From: Chlamydiia bacterium
Lineage (GTDB): Bacteria; Chlamydiota; Chlamydiia; Chlamydiales; Rhabdochlamydiaceae
Direction of reading: 5' to 3'
DNA: 64,000 nucleotides
Assembly: GCA_963804085.1 (NCBI GenBank)
Contig: CAWDOQ010000002.1
Location: 32,001 to 96,000 of the forward strand
Within the stretch, counting starts at the first letter, position 1. The number at the start of each line of letters is the position of its first letter. The position numbers were made by a program, and so were the translations under genes. The notes under the pieces are model-generated. The model did no database searches. It was not told the origin of the DNA and was given only the letters and a program-made list of their open reading frames with translations. Shown here one piece after another: positions 9,206-19,994 of the stretch.

Positions 9206-11204
9206 AGACTTCTCTCAACTAAATCCCGAGCAAAGACGCGCTGTCACCACGACAGATGGACGGGTTCTTATTCTCGCGGGAGCCGGCAGCGGTAAAACAA
9301 GCGTGCTGGCCTACAGGATCGCCTACCTGATCGGCGAGTTGAGAGTCTCGCCTAAAGCGATCTTGGGGCTCACCTTCACAAATAAAGCTGCAAAAGAGAT
9401 GCGCGAGCGGGTTGCCAGCTTGGTGGGAGCATCCGTCGCTAAAGAAACAACTCTCTCTACTTTTCATAGCTTTGGGTGCCAGGTGCTGCGCAAGGAGATC
9501 CATCATCTGGGTTACACCTCTCACTTCACGCTTTACGACGAACAAGATGTTAAGCGCCTCCTCAAGCAGCTGGCACGTCATCTTCTCGAGCAAGAGGGTG
9601 AGATTCCTTCGATCGAAGGGATCTACGCAAAGTTTTCGAAAGCCAAAGGACGCAGCACCAATCTTGAAGAAATTAGCGAAGAGGATGAGACGTGGAAGGA
9701 GCCGTTTATCCGCGATCTTTTCACCCGTTTTCAAACGTGCATGCGCGCCTACAATGCGGTCGATTTCGACAGCCTGCTCTCCTTAACGGTCGAACTCTTT
9801 GAAAAGTTTCCGGCCGTCCTTCAAAAGTACCAAGAACGCTATCGCTACATCATGATCGACGAGTATCAGGACACCAACCCGATGCAATATCGCTTGGCCA
9901 AACTGCTCGCCTCCTCCCACCAAAATCTCTGTGTGGTAGGCGACGATGACCAGTCGATCTACGGATGGCGCGGCGCTGAGATTAAGAATATCTTACAGTT
10001 TGAGTCCCAGACGATCATTAAACTGGAGCAGAACTACCGCTCGACTCCGACGATTTTAAAGGCGGCTCACGCCGTCATCACACGCAATAAGGAGCGCCAC
10101 TCAAAAGAGCTCTGGAGTTCGCACGAGACAGGTGATCCTATCTCTCTCTTCCATGCGCCAAGCGAGATGGAGGAGGCGCAAGCGGTTATCGATCGGATCG
10201 TCTCGTTGCATAAAAACAAAAAGATTCCGTGGAAGGAGATGGCAATTCTCTACCGCTCTAACCTTCTTTCGCGTCCCTTTGAGCTGGCTCTCATGCAGAC
10301 TGTGTACGAAAAAGAGGGCAAGTGGATACGCGGCATCCCCTACCAGATCTTTGGCGGTACCGAGTTTTACGAAAGAAGCGAGATTAAAGATCTTCTGGCG
10401 TACATGAAGGTGATCGCCAATCCCTTGGATCAGGAGTCGCTTCTACGCATCGTAAATGTCCCAAGACGCGGGATCTCAGATCTTGCTCTCGATAAGATCA
10501 CACAGAAAAACCGGCAGGAGAATCTGCCCCTATTGCAGCTTATGGCAAATCTTTCTCCTGAGCTTTGCGACGAGCTCTCCTCAAAAGCAACTAACGGCAT
10601 TGCCTCATTTGTCAAATTACATCAAGAGGCAAGAGCAAAATTCCAAACAGGCTCTTTAGCATCCGCTCTCGAATGGCTGATTGCCGAGATAGACTACAAA
10701 AAAGCAATCTCGGAAGATGTGCAGAGCGACAAGATGCGCGACTTTAAGTGGGAGAACGTCCTGCATTGCGTAGATGTTCTTAAACGTTACGAAGAGGAGA
10801 TGGAAAAAGAGGGAAGAAAAGAGGAGATCTCGCTCTCTCACTTCGTCACAAACACCCTTTTGGACAAAGAAAAGGTGATCCAGCGAGATGAGGCTGCATC
10901 GCGCGAAGACAAGGTGAATCTGATGACCTTTCATAGCGCAAAAGGGCTAGAGTTTACCGCCTGTTTCCTCGTGGGCTTGGAGGACCATCTTCTGCCCCAC
11001 GAAAAGAGTTTGGGAGAGCGCGGCGTAGAGGAGGAGAGACGCCTCTTTTATGTCGCACTCACTCGTGCAAAAAAACAGCTGCTACTCAGCATGGCGCGCT
11101 CGCGCAAAAAAATGGGTAAAGAGATTAAGACGAACCCCTCGCGTTTTCTCTTTGAGATCCCGCAAGAGCTCATCAAAATTGTCTCTTGGAAAGAAAAGAT
11201 ATGA
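9192..11204 (+). CDS. UvrD/Rep/PcrA-family ATP-dependent DNA helicase
   Basis: AGAGSGKT, TFTNKAA, DEYQD, VGDDDQSIY, LEQNYRS, MTFHSAKGLEF, EERRLFYVALTRA. Confidence 0.96.
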   Translation: MANNKDFSQLNPEQRRAVTTTDGRVLILAGAGSGKTSVLAYRIAYLIGELRVSPKAILGLTFTNKAAKEMRERVASLVGASVAKETTLSTFHSFGCQVLRKEIHHLGYTSHFTLYDEQDVKRLLKQLARHLLEQEGEIPSIEGIYAKFSKAKGRSTNLEEISEEDETWKEPFIRDLFTRFQTCMRAYNAVDFDSLLSLTVELFEKFPAVLQKYQERYRYIMIDEYQDTNPMQYRLAKLLASSHQNLCVVGDDDQSIYGWRGAEIKNILQFESQTIIKLEQNYRSTPTILKAAHAVITRNKERHSKELWSSHETGDPISLFHAPSEMEEAQAVIDRIVSLHKNKKIPWKEMAILYRSNLLSRPFELALMQTVYEKEGKWIRGIPYQIFGGTEFYERSEIKDLLAYMKVIANPLDQESLLRIVNVPRRGISDLALDKITQKNRQENLPLLQLMANLSPELCDELSSKATNGIASFVKLHQEARAKFQTGSLASALEWLIAEIDYKKAISEDVQSDKMRDFKWENVLHCVDVLKRYEEEMEKEGRKEEISLSHFVTNTLLDKEKVIQRDEAASREDKVNLMTFHSAKGLEFTACFLVGLEDHLLPHEKSLGERGVEEERRLFYVALTRAKKQLLLSMARSRKKMGKEIKTNPSRFLFEIPQELIKIVSWKEKI

Positions 11205-11916
11205 GCCCTCCCTCCTTACGAATGAAGGCTTTTCCCAAACTTCCCAGCCAATGGACGATGCGCACATCAAGCAAAATCCCTTCTATCATGTGCCAGTTGT
11301 AAATCGAAGAGAGTTCTTTTATGCGAAAACCATGCTCCACGATGAGACGAGACAAAAGTTCTTGATCCCCTCTGAATTGAGAAGTAGCGCTCTTTGCCTG
11401 CTCTGCCCATAAAGTGATGAGTGCAGAAGGGCTTTCATAAAGAATAACTCCTGAATTATAAAGCACCTCATTAGGCAAAAGAGGGGGCGATTTCTGGTGC
11501 CTTTCGGCTTCTGGAACAAGCGCAATAGCAGATCCTTCCAAGTCAGTATCAAAAAGAGGCTCTAAAGGAGAGAGCACTTCGCAGTCTAAATCAAGCCATA
11601 GCGTTCGCGTATAGGGGGTGTTTTGCATCGCCTCCGGTTTTTTAAACCATCCGGGACGCGAGGTCAAATGAGCTTTATCGCGCCATTTGAGCGACTCCTT
11701 AAAAAGCTTAGGACATAATGGGTCTACGCTTGATGCGCTATTCAAAGAGAGGAGCTCTCCCCTCTCTTTACACCAGGCGCACGCCTGGTCTGTCATACCG
11801 AAGTCTGCAAAAGTGATAGAATAATTTCCCACTCGCATGATGTTATTCCACCACCAGGAGAGTAGCCACTCCTGATTCTGGTCGCACCCGACGAGTATAC
11901 CTCTTTTATCTGGCAT
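11173..11916 (-). CDS. GT-A fold (GT8-like) glycosyltransferase
   Basis: LWLDLD DxD motif, YNSGV, GDQ, YNW, IVHW. Confidence 0.75.
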   Translation of the reverse strand: MPDKRGILVGCDQNQEWLLSWWWNNIMRVGNYSITFADFGMTDQACAWCKERGELLSLNSASSVDPLCPKLFKESLKWRDKAHLTSRPGWFKKPEAMQNTPYTRTLWLDLDCEVLSPLEPLFDTDLEGSAIALVPEAERHQKSPPLLPNEVLYNSGVILYESPSALITLWAEQAKSATSQFRGDQELLSRLIVEHGFRIKELSSIYNWHMIEGILLDVRIVHWLGSLGKAFIRKEGGLISFLSKRQF

Positions 11917-12988
11917 GAGACTTTAGAAAGTCGATCGACTGCGCAATCTCGCCTTTGACATTGTCAGGAGCGGAGATGTAGGAGGCCTTGGCGTGTTCCA
12001 GCGCCTCTTTGGCTCTATTCTTTGTGAAGAGGAATTGGGCCATCATCATCTCTGCCTTCCAGCCATTTTCCTTGTCCTTCGAGCCAAACTGCTGCACGAA
12101 TTCTAGAAGCGGGCGGATGGCAGATTGCGGATTGGCCTTTTTCTTTAGCCGTTTTGCTCTTGTTTCAAAATCTAAAACGGCGAGTTGAAAAAGAGAGCCG
12201 TTTAAATTTTTAGGATCGCGTTCGATTATCTTTTCGCGAAAATCGAGCGCTTGTGCATCCTTCTTTTTTCCCTCCTTTAAAAATTGAGCATAGTTCTGGA
12301 GTAGGAAAAAGGTGCCTTTGTCGACTTGCAGCCCTGCTTGGAGGATCTTGTCTCGGTAGGTTGCACTATTGATGATCTCCACCTTCTTATATAAATCCTG
12401 GAGCTCATCTGAAGTAAGTGTGCATAGATCTCTTTTTTGCATCACCTCGCGCACTTCTTGATCGTTTTGCAAAATCTGTTTGAGATGACGGGCGAACTCC
12501 TGTGCAGAAAGAGGCAGGTAGCCAACTTTTGAAATCGCTTCTAGCGATGGGTTCAAAAGAATGAGGGAGGGAAACTCTTCGATCTTAAACTTCTCTTTGA
12601 GAGCAGCTACCTCTGCATTGATTGAAGCCCCTTGTAAATTTTCTGGAAAGTCGAGCCAGACGAGATGGAACTTCTCTTTTATCTCTTTTAAAAAGTCAGC
12701 TTGTGTCAGCACATCCTCTTCGAGCTTCTGCGACCAGGGACACCAGTCTGACCCCATGAAAGCGATGAGAAGAGGTTTTTCTGAAACAGCTGCTTTTTGC
12801 GCCTCTTCTTGGAAGCTCGAGCTCCAATGAGGCAATCTCTTCATCTGCGCAAGACAGCGCTCTCTATCCTCTTTAGGTGTAGCGGGAAGAAGAACGGTCT
12901 TACCCTCTGTAGACCCACCGGAAGCAAAAGCGCCACCTGCCGCGCTTATGCAAAGAGAAAAAATCACGATAGAGAGATTTTTGGACAT
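11906..12988 (-). CDS. Exported thioredoxin-fold protein (CxxS), disulfide isomerase-like
   Basis: Signal peptide; KPLLIAF.GSDWCPWS; FPS cis-Pro loop; helical C-terminus. Confidence 0.8.
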   Translation of the reverse strand: MSKNLSIVIFSLCISAAGGAFASGGSTEGKTVLLPATPKEDRERCLAQMKRLPHWSSSFQEEAQKAAVSEKPLLIAFMGSDWCPWSQKLEEDVLTQADFLKEIKEKFHLVWLDFPENLQGASINAEVAALKEKFKIEEFPSLILLNPSLEAISKVGYLPLSAQEFARHLKQILQNDQEVREVMQKRDLCTLTSDELQDLYKKVEIINSATYRDKILQAGLQVDKGTFFLLQNYAQFLKEGKKKDAQALDFREKIIERDPKNLNGSLFQLAVLDFETRAKRLKKKANPQSAIRPLLEFVQQFGSKDKENGWKAEMMMAQFLFTKNRAKEALEHAKASYISAPDNVKGEIAQSIDFLKSHAR

Positions 12989-13024
12989 GTATTATACTCC
13001 ACCAACTAACTGTAGCTATAAGAA

Positions 13025-13486
13025 ATGCTTACATTTCCTCCAACACTTATTTTGAGACACAAAAGAGAGAATTTAAAAAAGTGCAGCCTGCGCGGTCTAG
13101 AAACACGTCCCGACTTTCGCTTTTTTACCTATCCGCCAGTAGCATTGCCCGATCTGTCCGGATATTTTCTGCTCTCTTTGGATGGACCGCCCCTAAGCAT
13201 AAAAGACAAGGAGCTAGGGATTTTTTTGATCGACGCTACTTGGCGCCACGCAGAAACGATCTTCCGACAACTGCCTAAGCCGCACACTTTTGTGGAGCGC
13301 TCGATCCCTTCACACTTTCAGACAGCCTATCCAAGAAGACAGGAGGATTGCCCAGATCAGGCGCGCGGCCTCGCTTCGATCGAAGCGCTCTTCATCGCTC
13401 ACACAATTTTAGAAAGAGATACGAACGGCCTACTGGACGGGTACCACTGGAAAGAGGAGTTCCTCAAGTTGAACTTTACTGCGTGA
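13025..13486 (+). CDS. DTW/Tsr3-like putative RNA aminocarboxypropyltransferase
   Basis: ENLKKCSL, IDATW and LASIEAL motifs. Confidence 0.7.
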   Translation: MLTFPPTLILRHKRENLKKCSLRGLETRPDFRFFTYPPVALPDLSGYFLLSLDGPPLSIKDKELGIFLIDATWRHAETIFRQLPKPHTFVERSIPSHFQTAYPRRQEDCPDQARGLASIEALFIAHTILERDTNGLLDGYHWKEEFLKLNFTA

Positions 13487-14397
13487 GGGCCACGCCAACA
13501 TCTTCGCTGGGATTGCCGCGATGACCTGCGATTGTAAGAGAGCCATTACATAAATTTCCGACAATAACATACCAGTTACCATACTCATCCCTGCCTCTAT
13601 CAGATGTGCGTGTATTTTGGTGTGGAAAGAGGGCGATCTTATAGCGCGCATAATGAGCCACAATGCTCACAGTGATCCAGAGCGCTTTTCCCAATTTTCT
13701 TCCGTAAGTCTTTTCTGCCCCTTCTTGCGTTACACCTCGGCTTTCCCATTCTGGACCCTTTTGCAGCCAAAGCCAGATCGACTTGCCTTGAGCCTCATCG
13801 CCATATTTTTCGGAAACCTCTTCTTTAATAGACAAACGCACGCCGCACTTTTTTGCAAGAGGTGCAAATGTCTTAAAAGTCAGGGGCTGCTCATTGACGG
13901 TTTTAGGGATGAGCGTCAAAGTATGCGTCTCTCCAAGTTCTGCAATTTGACTTTTGATATTAACAGGAAGGGGCGGCGTAGGGCTTATCTTGCCAAAATG
14001 CTTTCTCCACTCTTTTGGGCCAAATGCCATTTCAGGAACGATGAACAGGTCTTTAAATCGCCCCCCTTCCGGTGACACCGATTATGCCATAATTGGCGCA
14101 CTGGGCTTGCCAGATCCTCTCGATTTTCCAAGATTTAGCTACTCTTTCGCATCTTGCTAGGTCTTCCGGTTCCAGGTAGCGCACCATGTGACAGAAGCAG
14201 TTTTGACTTTTGAGAGCAAGATTCTGAGTGGCACCTTTGTTTTCCCAAGAAAAAAGCTGGCTTGCTAAAGCAGAGATCCACGCACACACGCTGTTCCAGA
14301 TCCCAGCAATACGCTCGAAAAGCTCTTCATAGCAGGGCTTTTCTTGTACAAGTGCGGGAGTGCTGATTGTAGAATTTAATGTTATTGCTTGTGCCAT
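13476..14397 (-). pseudogene. F-box-like effector paralog C, split by a frameshift at a G6 run (14061-14066); may be an assembly error
   Basis: ORFs 14053-14397 and 13476-14078 together align end to end with paralogs A, B and D; removing one G joins them. Confidence 0.7.
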
Positions 14398-14511
14398 AGG
14401 GCAGAAATTGTAGCATTAATGTGAGAAAATGGGAATGGCACATTTGTTACAATAAAAAATTTATACATCTCCGCGTCTTTGCGTTTTTTCTTGAAGATTA
14501 ACTCCCTGTGG

Positions 14512-14703
14512 ACGGGCGCAAAAGACCCTCAGTGGACGATGTGGACTGGCGCAGATTTGTGGACTAAAGTGGACGAGGTGGACTTTAGTGGACTTGGTGG
14601 ACAGCGCCAAGAAGAAGAGCCGGAAGAGATCCCTGTCCACATCGTCCACTAAAGTCCACCACTCTTCAGTCCACTTCGTCCACTGAGGGTCTTTTGCGCC
14701 CGT
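14512..14703. repeat. GTGGAC/GTCCAC 9-10-nt-period hairpin element, copy 1
   Basis: 37-bp outer inverted repeat with one mismatch (14512-14548 / 14667-14703) plus inner GTGGAC and GTCCAC arrays. Confidence 0.9.
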
Positions 14704-14731
14704 AAGTTATTTGCATGGACGATCTTCGAGA

Positions 14732-14760
14732 TTGACTTTTTCAGTTTTTTTGTTTAGATT
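14732..14760 (+). promoter_or_regulatory. Putative sigma66 promoter of pcnB-lpxB
   Basis: TTGACT-17 nt-TAGATT. Confidence 0.55.
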
Positions 14761-14803
14761 CTGTGGATCGAAAATATTTTTCAAATAGTCTAAAAAGCAT
14801 CTA

Positions 14804-16072
14804 GTGGAACAAAAAATTTACCCTGTTGAAGAGCACCGCCTTCCTCTCGATCTGGTGGACACGCACGCCGTCTATGTGGTGGAAAAGCTGCGCCAAGCCG
14901 GCTTCATCGCCTACCTTGTCGGCGGGAGCGTCCGCGATCTTTTGTTGAACAAGAAGCCTAAGGATTATGACATCTCCACCTCTGCTAAGCCTGAAGAGAT
15001 CAAACAGCTCTTTAGAAATAGCATCTTGATCGGTAGGCGCTTTCGTCTTGCCCACATCCGTTTTGGCCGCAAAATTCTAGAGGTCTCGACCTTTCGTTCG
15101 GGCGACATCGAGAGCGCCGATCTTGTCGTGCGCGACAACCAGTGGGGCTCGGAAGAAGAGGATGTTTTAAGACGCGACTTTACAATTAACGGCCTCTTTT
15201 ACGATCCCTCTACGCAGACGATCATCGACTATGTAGGAGGCTATCCCGATATCCAACGCAAATACCTGCGCACGATCGGACAGCCCTTTTTGCGATTTAA
15301 GCAAGATCCTGTGCGTATGCTCCGCCTTTTAAAGTTTCAGGCGCGCTTTGGCTTTGAGATCGACAATGAGGCGCGCATCGCTCTTTTAGAGTGCCGCCAC
15401 GAGATTTTAAAAAGCTCTCCTACGCGCATCTTAGAAGAGCTGCTCCGAATGCTCGAATCGGGTGCCGCCTTTCCCTTTATCAAACTGATGGCCGAAAATG
15501 GGTTCTTACAGCTCATGCTCCCCGCGCTTGCTGAATTTTTAGAGAAGGATAAAGATGAAGAGGTCTACTCCTACCTCGAAGAGGTGGACATCACTTTTCA
15601 TGAACCTCCAAGGCCTCTTCTTGAAAGACCGATTCTCGTCAGCTGCCTCCTTTGGCCCATCTTGCAACGCCGTGTGCTTACCCGCTACGAAGAGCGAGGC
15701 CACCACGCGCATTTGGGCGAGATCCAGCAAGAGACGCACGCGCTCGTAGATGAGATCTTCCTACCCTTTTTCCATATTCCGCGCAGGCTGCGTATGAGCA
15801 TCGTCTCGATCCTCACCTCGCAGTACCGCCTCACTCCTTTAGAAAAGAGACGCTTGCGCCATCTGCGCGTCCCTCACGATCCCGATTTTCCTCTAGCACT
15901 CACCTTCTTAGAAGTGCGCTGCTCTCAAGAGCCCGCCTTGCAAACCGTCTGGGAGGAGTGGCAAGCCGCCATCACCTCTCCCGCATCTTCTGCACCGGCT
16001 CCTGCTGATAGGCGCAAAAGACGCAGACGCCGCAAAAAGGGTGGCTCCTCGCCCTCCCCCACCCAAGAGTAG
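14804..16072 (+). CDS. pcnB: Poly(A) polymerase I
   Basis: VGGSVRDLLL..KPKDYD, PAP signature LIGRRFRLAHI, RRDFTIN, DPVRMLR, Arg-rich tail. Confidence 0.93.
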   Translation: MEQKIYPVEEHRLPLDLVDTHAVYVVEKLRQAGFIAYLVGGSVRDLLLNKKPKDYDISTSAKPEEIKQLFRNSILIGRRFRLAHIRFGRKILEVSTFRSGDIESADLVVRDNQWGSEEEDVLRRDFTINGLFYDPSTQTIIDYVGGYPDIQRKYLRTIGQPFLRFKQDPVRMLRLLKFQARFGFEIDNEARIALLECRHEILKSSPTRILEELLRMLESGAAFPFIKLMAENGFLQLMLPALAEFLEKDKDEEVYSYLEEVDITFHEPPRPLLERPILVSCLLWPILQRRVLTRYEERGHHAHLGEIQQETHALVDEIFLPFFHIPRRLRMSIVSILTSQYRLTPLEKRRLRHLRVPHDPDFPLALTFLEVRCSQEPALQTVWEEWQAAITSPASSAPAPADRRKRRRRRKKGGSSPSPTQE

Positions 16073-16078
16073 CTTGTC

Positions 16079-17211
16079 ATGCGTGCGATCTCTTTATCTT
16101 TGCCGGCGAAGCGAGCGGCGACCTCCATGGAGACAAACTTCTAGAAGCTCTTTTAAAAAAGAAACCCGATCTTTCCATCGCAGCTGTTGCCGGCCCCAAA
16201 ATGCGCCAGCATAAGATCGACTGTGTGATGCGCACAGAAGAGTTTCTCGTTATGGGATTTATCGATGTCTTTTTAGCCCTACCCAAACTCATACGCCAGT
16301 TTTATGCCGTACGGCGCGCCATTTTAAAACTGAATCCTAAAGTGGTTCTCTTTATCGACTACCCGGGCTTTAACTTGCGGATGGCAAAAAGCCTCAAGAA
16401 AAAGGGGTTCTCAGGAAAACTCTGCCACTACATCTGCCCATCTGTGTGGGCTTGGGGAAAAAAACGCATCCCACTCATGGGCCAGACTCTTGATCTTCTT
16501 ATGACGATCCTCCCATTTGAGGCGCGCTACTTTGAAAAAACGCCTCTTAAAGTGGCCTACGTTGGACATCCTCTAGTAAAACGCATCCATGAACATGCGT
16601 ATCAACCTCTCTCTCTTCCCAAGGGGAAGCGGATCATCAGCATCTTTCCCGGCAGCCGTAAAAAGGAGATCCTGCGCAACTTCGGGCTCCAATTAAAAGT
16701 GGCAAAACGTCTTCTGGCTCTTCATCCCGATCTCTTTTTTGGCATCTCCTCGTTTCACCCTCCCTTCGCCCCTCTTTTGCAAAAGATGATCGACGAGGAG
16801 GGACTAAAAGAGTGCGTGCTTGTCCCGGGAGAAATGAGCTACGAACTGATGCGCGCCTCGCATAGTGCGATTGCTAAGTCCGGAACTGTGACGCTCGAGC
16901 TTGCCCTACACAAAGTTCCGACGGTAGTGACCTATGCGATCACCTCTTTAGACCTCTTCATCGCGCAAAAGCTGCTAGGCATCAACCTCGCCCACTACTG
17001 CATCGTCAATATCATTGCAGAGGGAGAGCTCTTCCGAGAGCTCTTCGGCCCTAATTTCACTGAAGAAAATCTTTTCAATGCCCTACAAGACCTGCTCACC
17101 TCCCCTACCCTCTTTGCTACCTCTCAAAAGAGATGCGAGGAGCTCTCTCTTCTTCTCCATAAAGGGGATGCCAGCCAAACCGCCGCCCAATCTTTAGAAG
17201 AGTTTTTTTAA
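16079..17211 (+). CDS. lpxB: Lipid-A-disaccharide synthase (start codon out of frame by one base, probable indel error)
   Basis: IFAGEASGDLHG from 16096, IDYPGFN, PSVWAW, VGHP, PGSR, SGTVTLE. Confidence 0.93.
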
Positions 17212-17273
17212 AAAGAACACTTTAAATAAATGAAAACCCCACGTAAAATGCAGGGCTAATTAAGGAGACAGTT

Positions 17274-17456
17274 ATGGCAGTACCTCGTAATCGCACCTCA
17301 AACGCCCGTAAAAATTCTAGACGTTCGCACCACGCGAAGAAACCGGCAAATCTTTCTGCATGTTCCAACTGCGGAAGTAAGACCCTTTCTCACAGAATGT
17401 GTGTCCACTGTGGTTTCTACTCTGGGCGAGCTGTAATAAATGAGAAAAAAGAGTAA
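17274..17456 (+). CDS. rpmF: 50S ribosomal protein L32
   Basis: MAVP..RTS..R...RR.H, CxxC..CxxCG.Y; SD AGGAG. Confidence 0.97.
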   Translation: MAVPRNRTSNARKNSRRSHHAKKPANLSACSNCGSKTLSHRMCVHCGFYSGRAVINEKKE

Positions 17457-18405
17457 ACAGACTCTTCAAATTGGCATCGATCTAATGGGAAGCGATACCG
17501 ATCCGGCGCTTCTTCTGGATGCCGTCTGCACTCTTTTTTCTACTCTTAAAAACGAAGCTTCCTTCACTCTTTTTGCAACGGAAGAGACCCTCTCCACACT
17601 CTCTTATCCTCCTGCGTTTCACACCTGTTTTGCAGATGAGGTTGTGACAATGGACGAGGATCCTCTGCTTGCCCTGCGCCGCAAAAAAAACTCGACGATC
17701 GCACTTGGCATGATGGCCCTGAAAAACAAGGAGATCGACGCCTTTATCTCGGCTGGCAATACCGGAGCGCTCTTTGCTACAGCGCACATGCTGCTTCCGC
17801 TTCTTCCTTCTATCGACCGCCCAGCACTGCTCACCTTGCTGCCCACCAAGAAAAAAGAGATGGCCGTTCTCGATGTGGGAGCCAACGTCTCTTGCAAAGC
17901 AGACCACCTTGTCCAATTTGCTCTTATGGGGATCGCCTACCAGAAGTGCCGCGGGTATGAGCACCCCAAAGTAGGGCTGCTCAACATTGGCACTGAGGCA
18001 CAAAAAGGAACACCCGAGCTGCGAGAAGCCTACCAAAAGCTGCAAAGCCTAAATACCCACCACAAAGTTTTTTTAGGAAACGTAGAAGCCAGGGACGTAT
18101 TTAACGGCGAGATCGATGTCCTCGTAACAGATGGTTTCACCGGAAATATTTTTTTAAAGACAACCGAAGGGATCGGCGCCTTTCTCCTAGATCTTTTAAA
18201 AGAGAAAAAAGAGCTACTCGCGAATCTTCGCTATCCTCTGGACTATGCCGAATACCCAGGGGCCCTCCTCTGCGGCGTAGATGGCATTGTGATCAAATGC
18301 CATGGCAGCGCCAGCCCCCAATCCCTCACCAGCAGCATCAAAGCTGCCCTCCCCCTCCTCCAGCACCATTTCCTCGACAAACTGAAAAAAGAACTCAACA
18401 CTTGA
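17440..18405 (+). CDS. plsX: Phosphate acyltransferase PlsX
   Basis: IDLMGSD, SAGNTGA, LDVGAN, LLNIG.E, DGFTGN, IKCHG; follows rpmF. Confidence 0.95.
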   Translation: MRKKSKQTLQIGIDLMGSDTDPALLLDAVCTLFSTLKNEASFTLFATEETLSTLSYPPAFHTCFADEVVTMDEDPLLALRRKKNSTIALGMMALKNKEIDAFISAGNTGALFATAHMLLPLLPSIDRPALLTLLPTKKKEMAVLDVGANVSCKADHLVQFALMGIAYQKCRGYEHPKVGLLNIGTEAQKGTPELREAYQKLQSLNTHHKVFLGNVEARDVFNGEIDVLVTDGFTGNIFLKTTEGIGAFLLDLLKEKKELLANLRYPLDYAEYPGALLCGVDGIVIKCHGSASPQSLTSSIKAALPLLQHHFLDKLKKELNT

Positions 18406-18458
18406 TTAAACAGCTTCTATCGCTTACTATCATTTATTAATAACTTTACGTGGGCTAA

Positions 18459-19994
18459 ATGGAAGAAATTCTTTTAAACGTGGAGTCCAAAGAGAGGCGC
18501 TATGCGCATCTTAGAAATGGGCTTTTATACGACCTGATCATCGAGCGCAAAAAGAGCCGCCAACTCGCGGGAAATATCTATCGCGGTCGCGTCACCAATA
18601 TTCTGCACAACATCCAGTCGGCTTTTATCGATATCGATGAGGGAGAAAACGGGTTTATACATATCGATGATATCATCGAAAACACCCAAAAATTCCAAGA
18701 GATGTTCGAGATGGATTTCGATTGGGATATGGCGCAAGAGAAAAAGGCGCAAAAAGAGAATGACATCTCTAAACTGCTCAAAAACGATCAGCCGGTCCTC
18801 GTTCAAGTGGTGAAAGAACCGATCGGTTCTAAAGGCGCACGCCTCACCTCTAACATCTCTATCCCCGGCCGCTACCTGGTTCTGCTTCCCAACACGGCCC
18901 ACCGCGGTGTTTCGCGCAAGATCGAAGATAGCGCAGCAAGAGAAAGATTAAAGAAGCTAATTCAGGCGTTTGAGATGCCTAAAGACATGGGTCTGATCTG
19001 CCGTACTGCAAGCGTGAATGCCACAACTGAGATGCTCGTCGAAGAGGCGACCGATCTTCTGAAAACTTGGCAGATGATAGTAGATGGCTTTGACAAGGCG
19101 ACAAGACCGACCTGTCTTTACGAAGAGTCGGACCTGATTAAACGCGCGGTGATGACTGCAGTGGACAAGAAGTTTGACCGGCTTATGACGGATGACTACT
19201 CCACCTTTCAAGCTTGCAAACGGATCTACGAAAAATATAGCGCAGAGCATCCTCTTAAGATCGAGCTTTATCGCGACAAAGCTCCCATGTTCGAGCGCTT
19301 TAATGTCGAACGAGAAATCGATAAAGCACTGAAAAGAAAAATCTGGCTCGGCTCGGGCGGCTATCTCTACTTCGATCGCACTGAGGCGATGTTCACTATC
19401 GACGTCAACTCGGGTAGAAGCACCTCTCAGAGCGTTAAAAGCGATGTGGAAGAGGCTCTTGCGCGCATCAATATGGAAGCAGCAGAAGAGATCGCACGTC
19501 AGCTGAGACTGCGCAATATCGGTGGTCTGATCATCTGCGACTTTATCGACATGCGTTCGCGCAAAAACCAGAAACGCGTCCTTGACCGTCTCAAAGACGC
19601 GATGAAGGATGATCCGGCCAAGTGCACCATTTTAGGGATGAGCGAATTCGGCTTAGTGGAGATGACAAGACAAAGAAGCCGCGAGTCGCTGACGCAAACT
19701 GTCTTCACTAACTGTCCCTACTGTTCAGGAAGCGGTCAGATCAAATCCTATGAGACCTGTTCGATCGAAATCGAGCGCTCTCTCAAAAAATTGATCTGCC
19801 AACAAGAGCAATATGGCCTTGAACTCATCTCCCATCCCGATCTCGATCGCTATTTAAGCCATTCGGACAAAGAGTACTTCCGTGAGCTAGCAGAAAAATG
19901 GAACGCACAGCTAAAATTTGGTAAAAACGACTCTCTGCATCTCAATGACTTTCAATTCTTTTCAACAATCAATGGCAAGCAACTCGAAGTCTAG
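18459..19994 (+). CDS. rng: Ribonuclease G/E family
   Basis: S1 domain, KEPIGSKGARLT, IDVNSG, GGLIICDFIDM, CPYC.G.G. Confidence 0.93.
   Translation: MEEILLNVESKERRYAHLRNGLLYDLIIERKKSRQLAGNIYRGRVTNILHNIQSAFIDIDEGENGFIHIDDIIENTQKFQEMFEMDFDWDMAQEKKAQKENDISKLLKNDQPVLVQVVKEPIGSKGARLTSNISIPGRYLVLLPNTAHRGVSRKIEDSAARERLKKLIQAFEMPKDMGLICRTASVNATTEMLVEEATDLLKTWQMIVDGFDKATRPTCLYEESDLIKRAVMTAVDKKFDRLMTDDYSTFQACKRIYEKYSAEHPLKIELYRDKAPMFERFNVEREIDKALKRKIWLGSGGYLYFDRTEAMFTIDVNSGRSTSQSVKSDVEEALARINMEAAEEIARQLRLRNIGGLIICDFIDMRSRKNQKRVLDRLKDAMKDDPAKCTILGMSEFGLVEMTRQRSRESLTQTVFTNCPYCSGSGQIKSYETCSIEIERSLKKLICQQEQYGLELISHPDLDRYLSHSDKEYFRELAEKWNAQLKFGKNDSLHLNDFQFFSTINGKQLEV

Noticed and set aside
14055-14070. Phase variation of F-box C at a G6 run
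   Set aside because: The run is short and cannot be told apart from the window-wide +1 errors without reads.
14508-14703. Possible CRISPR array (also 49211-49369)
   Set aside because: Units are 6 nt with 3-4 nt gaps and invert midway; no spacers and no cas genes.
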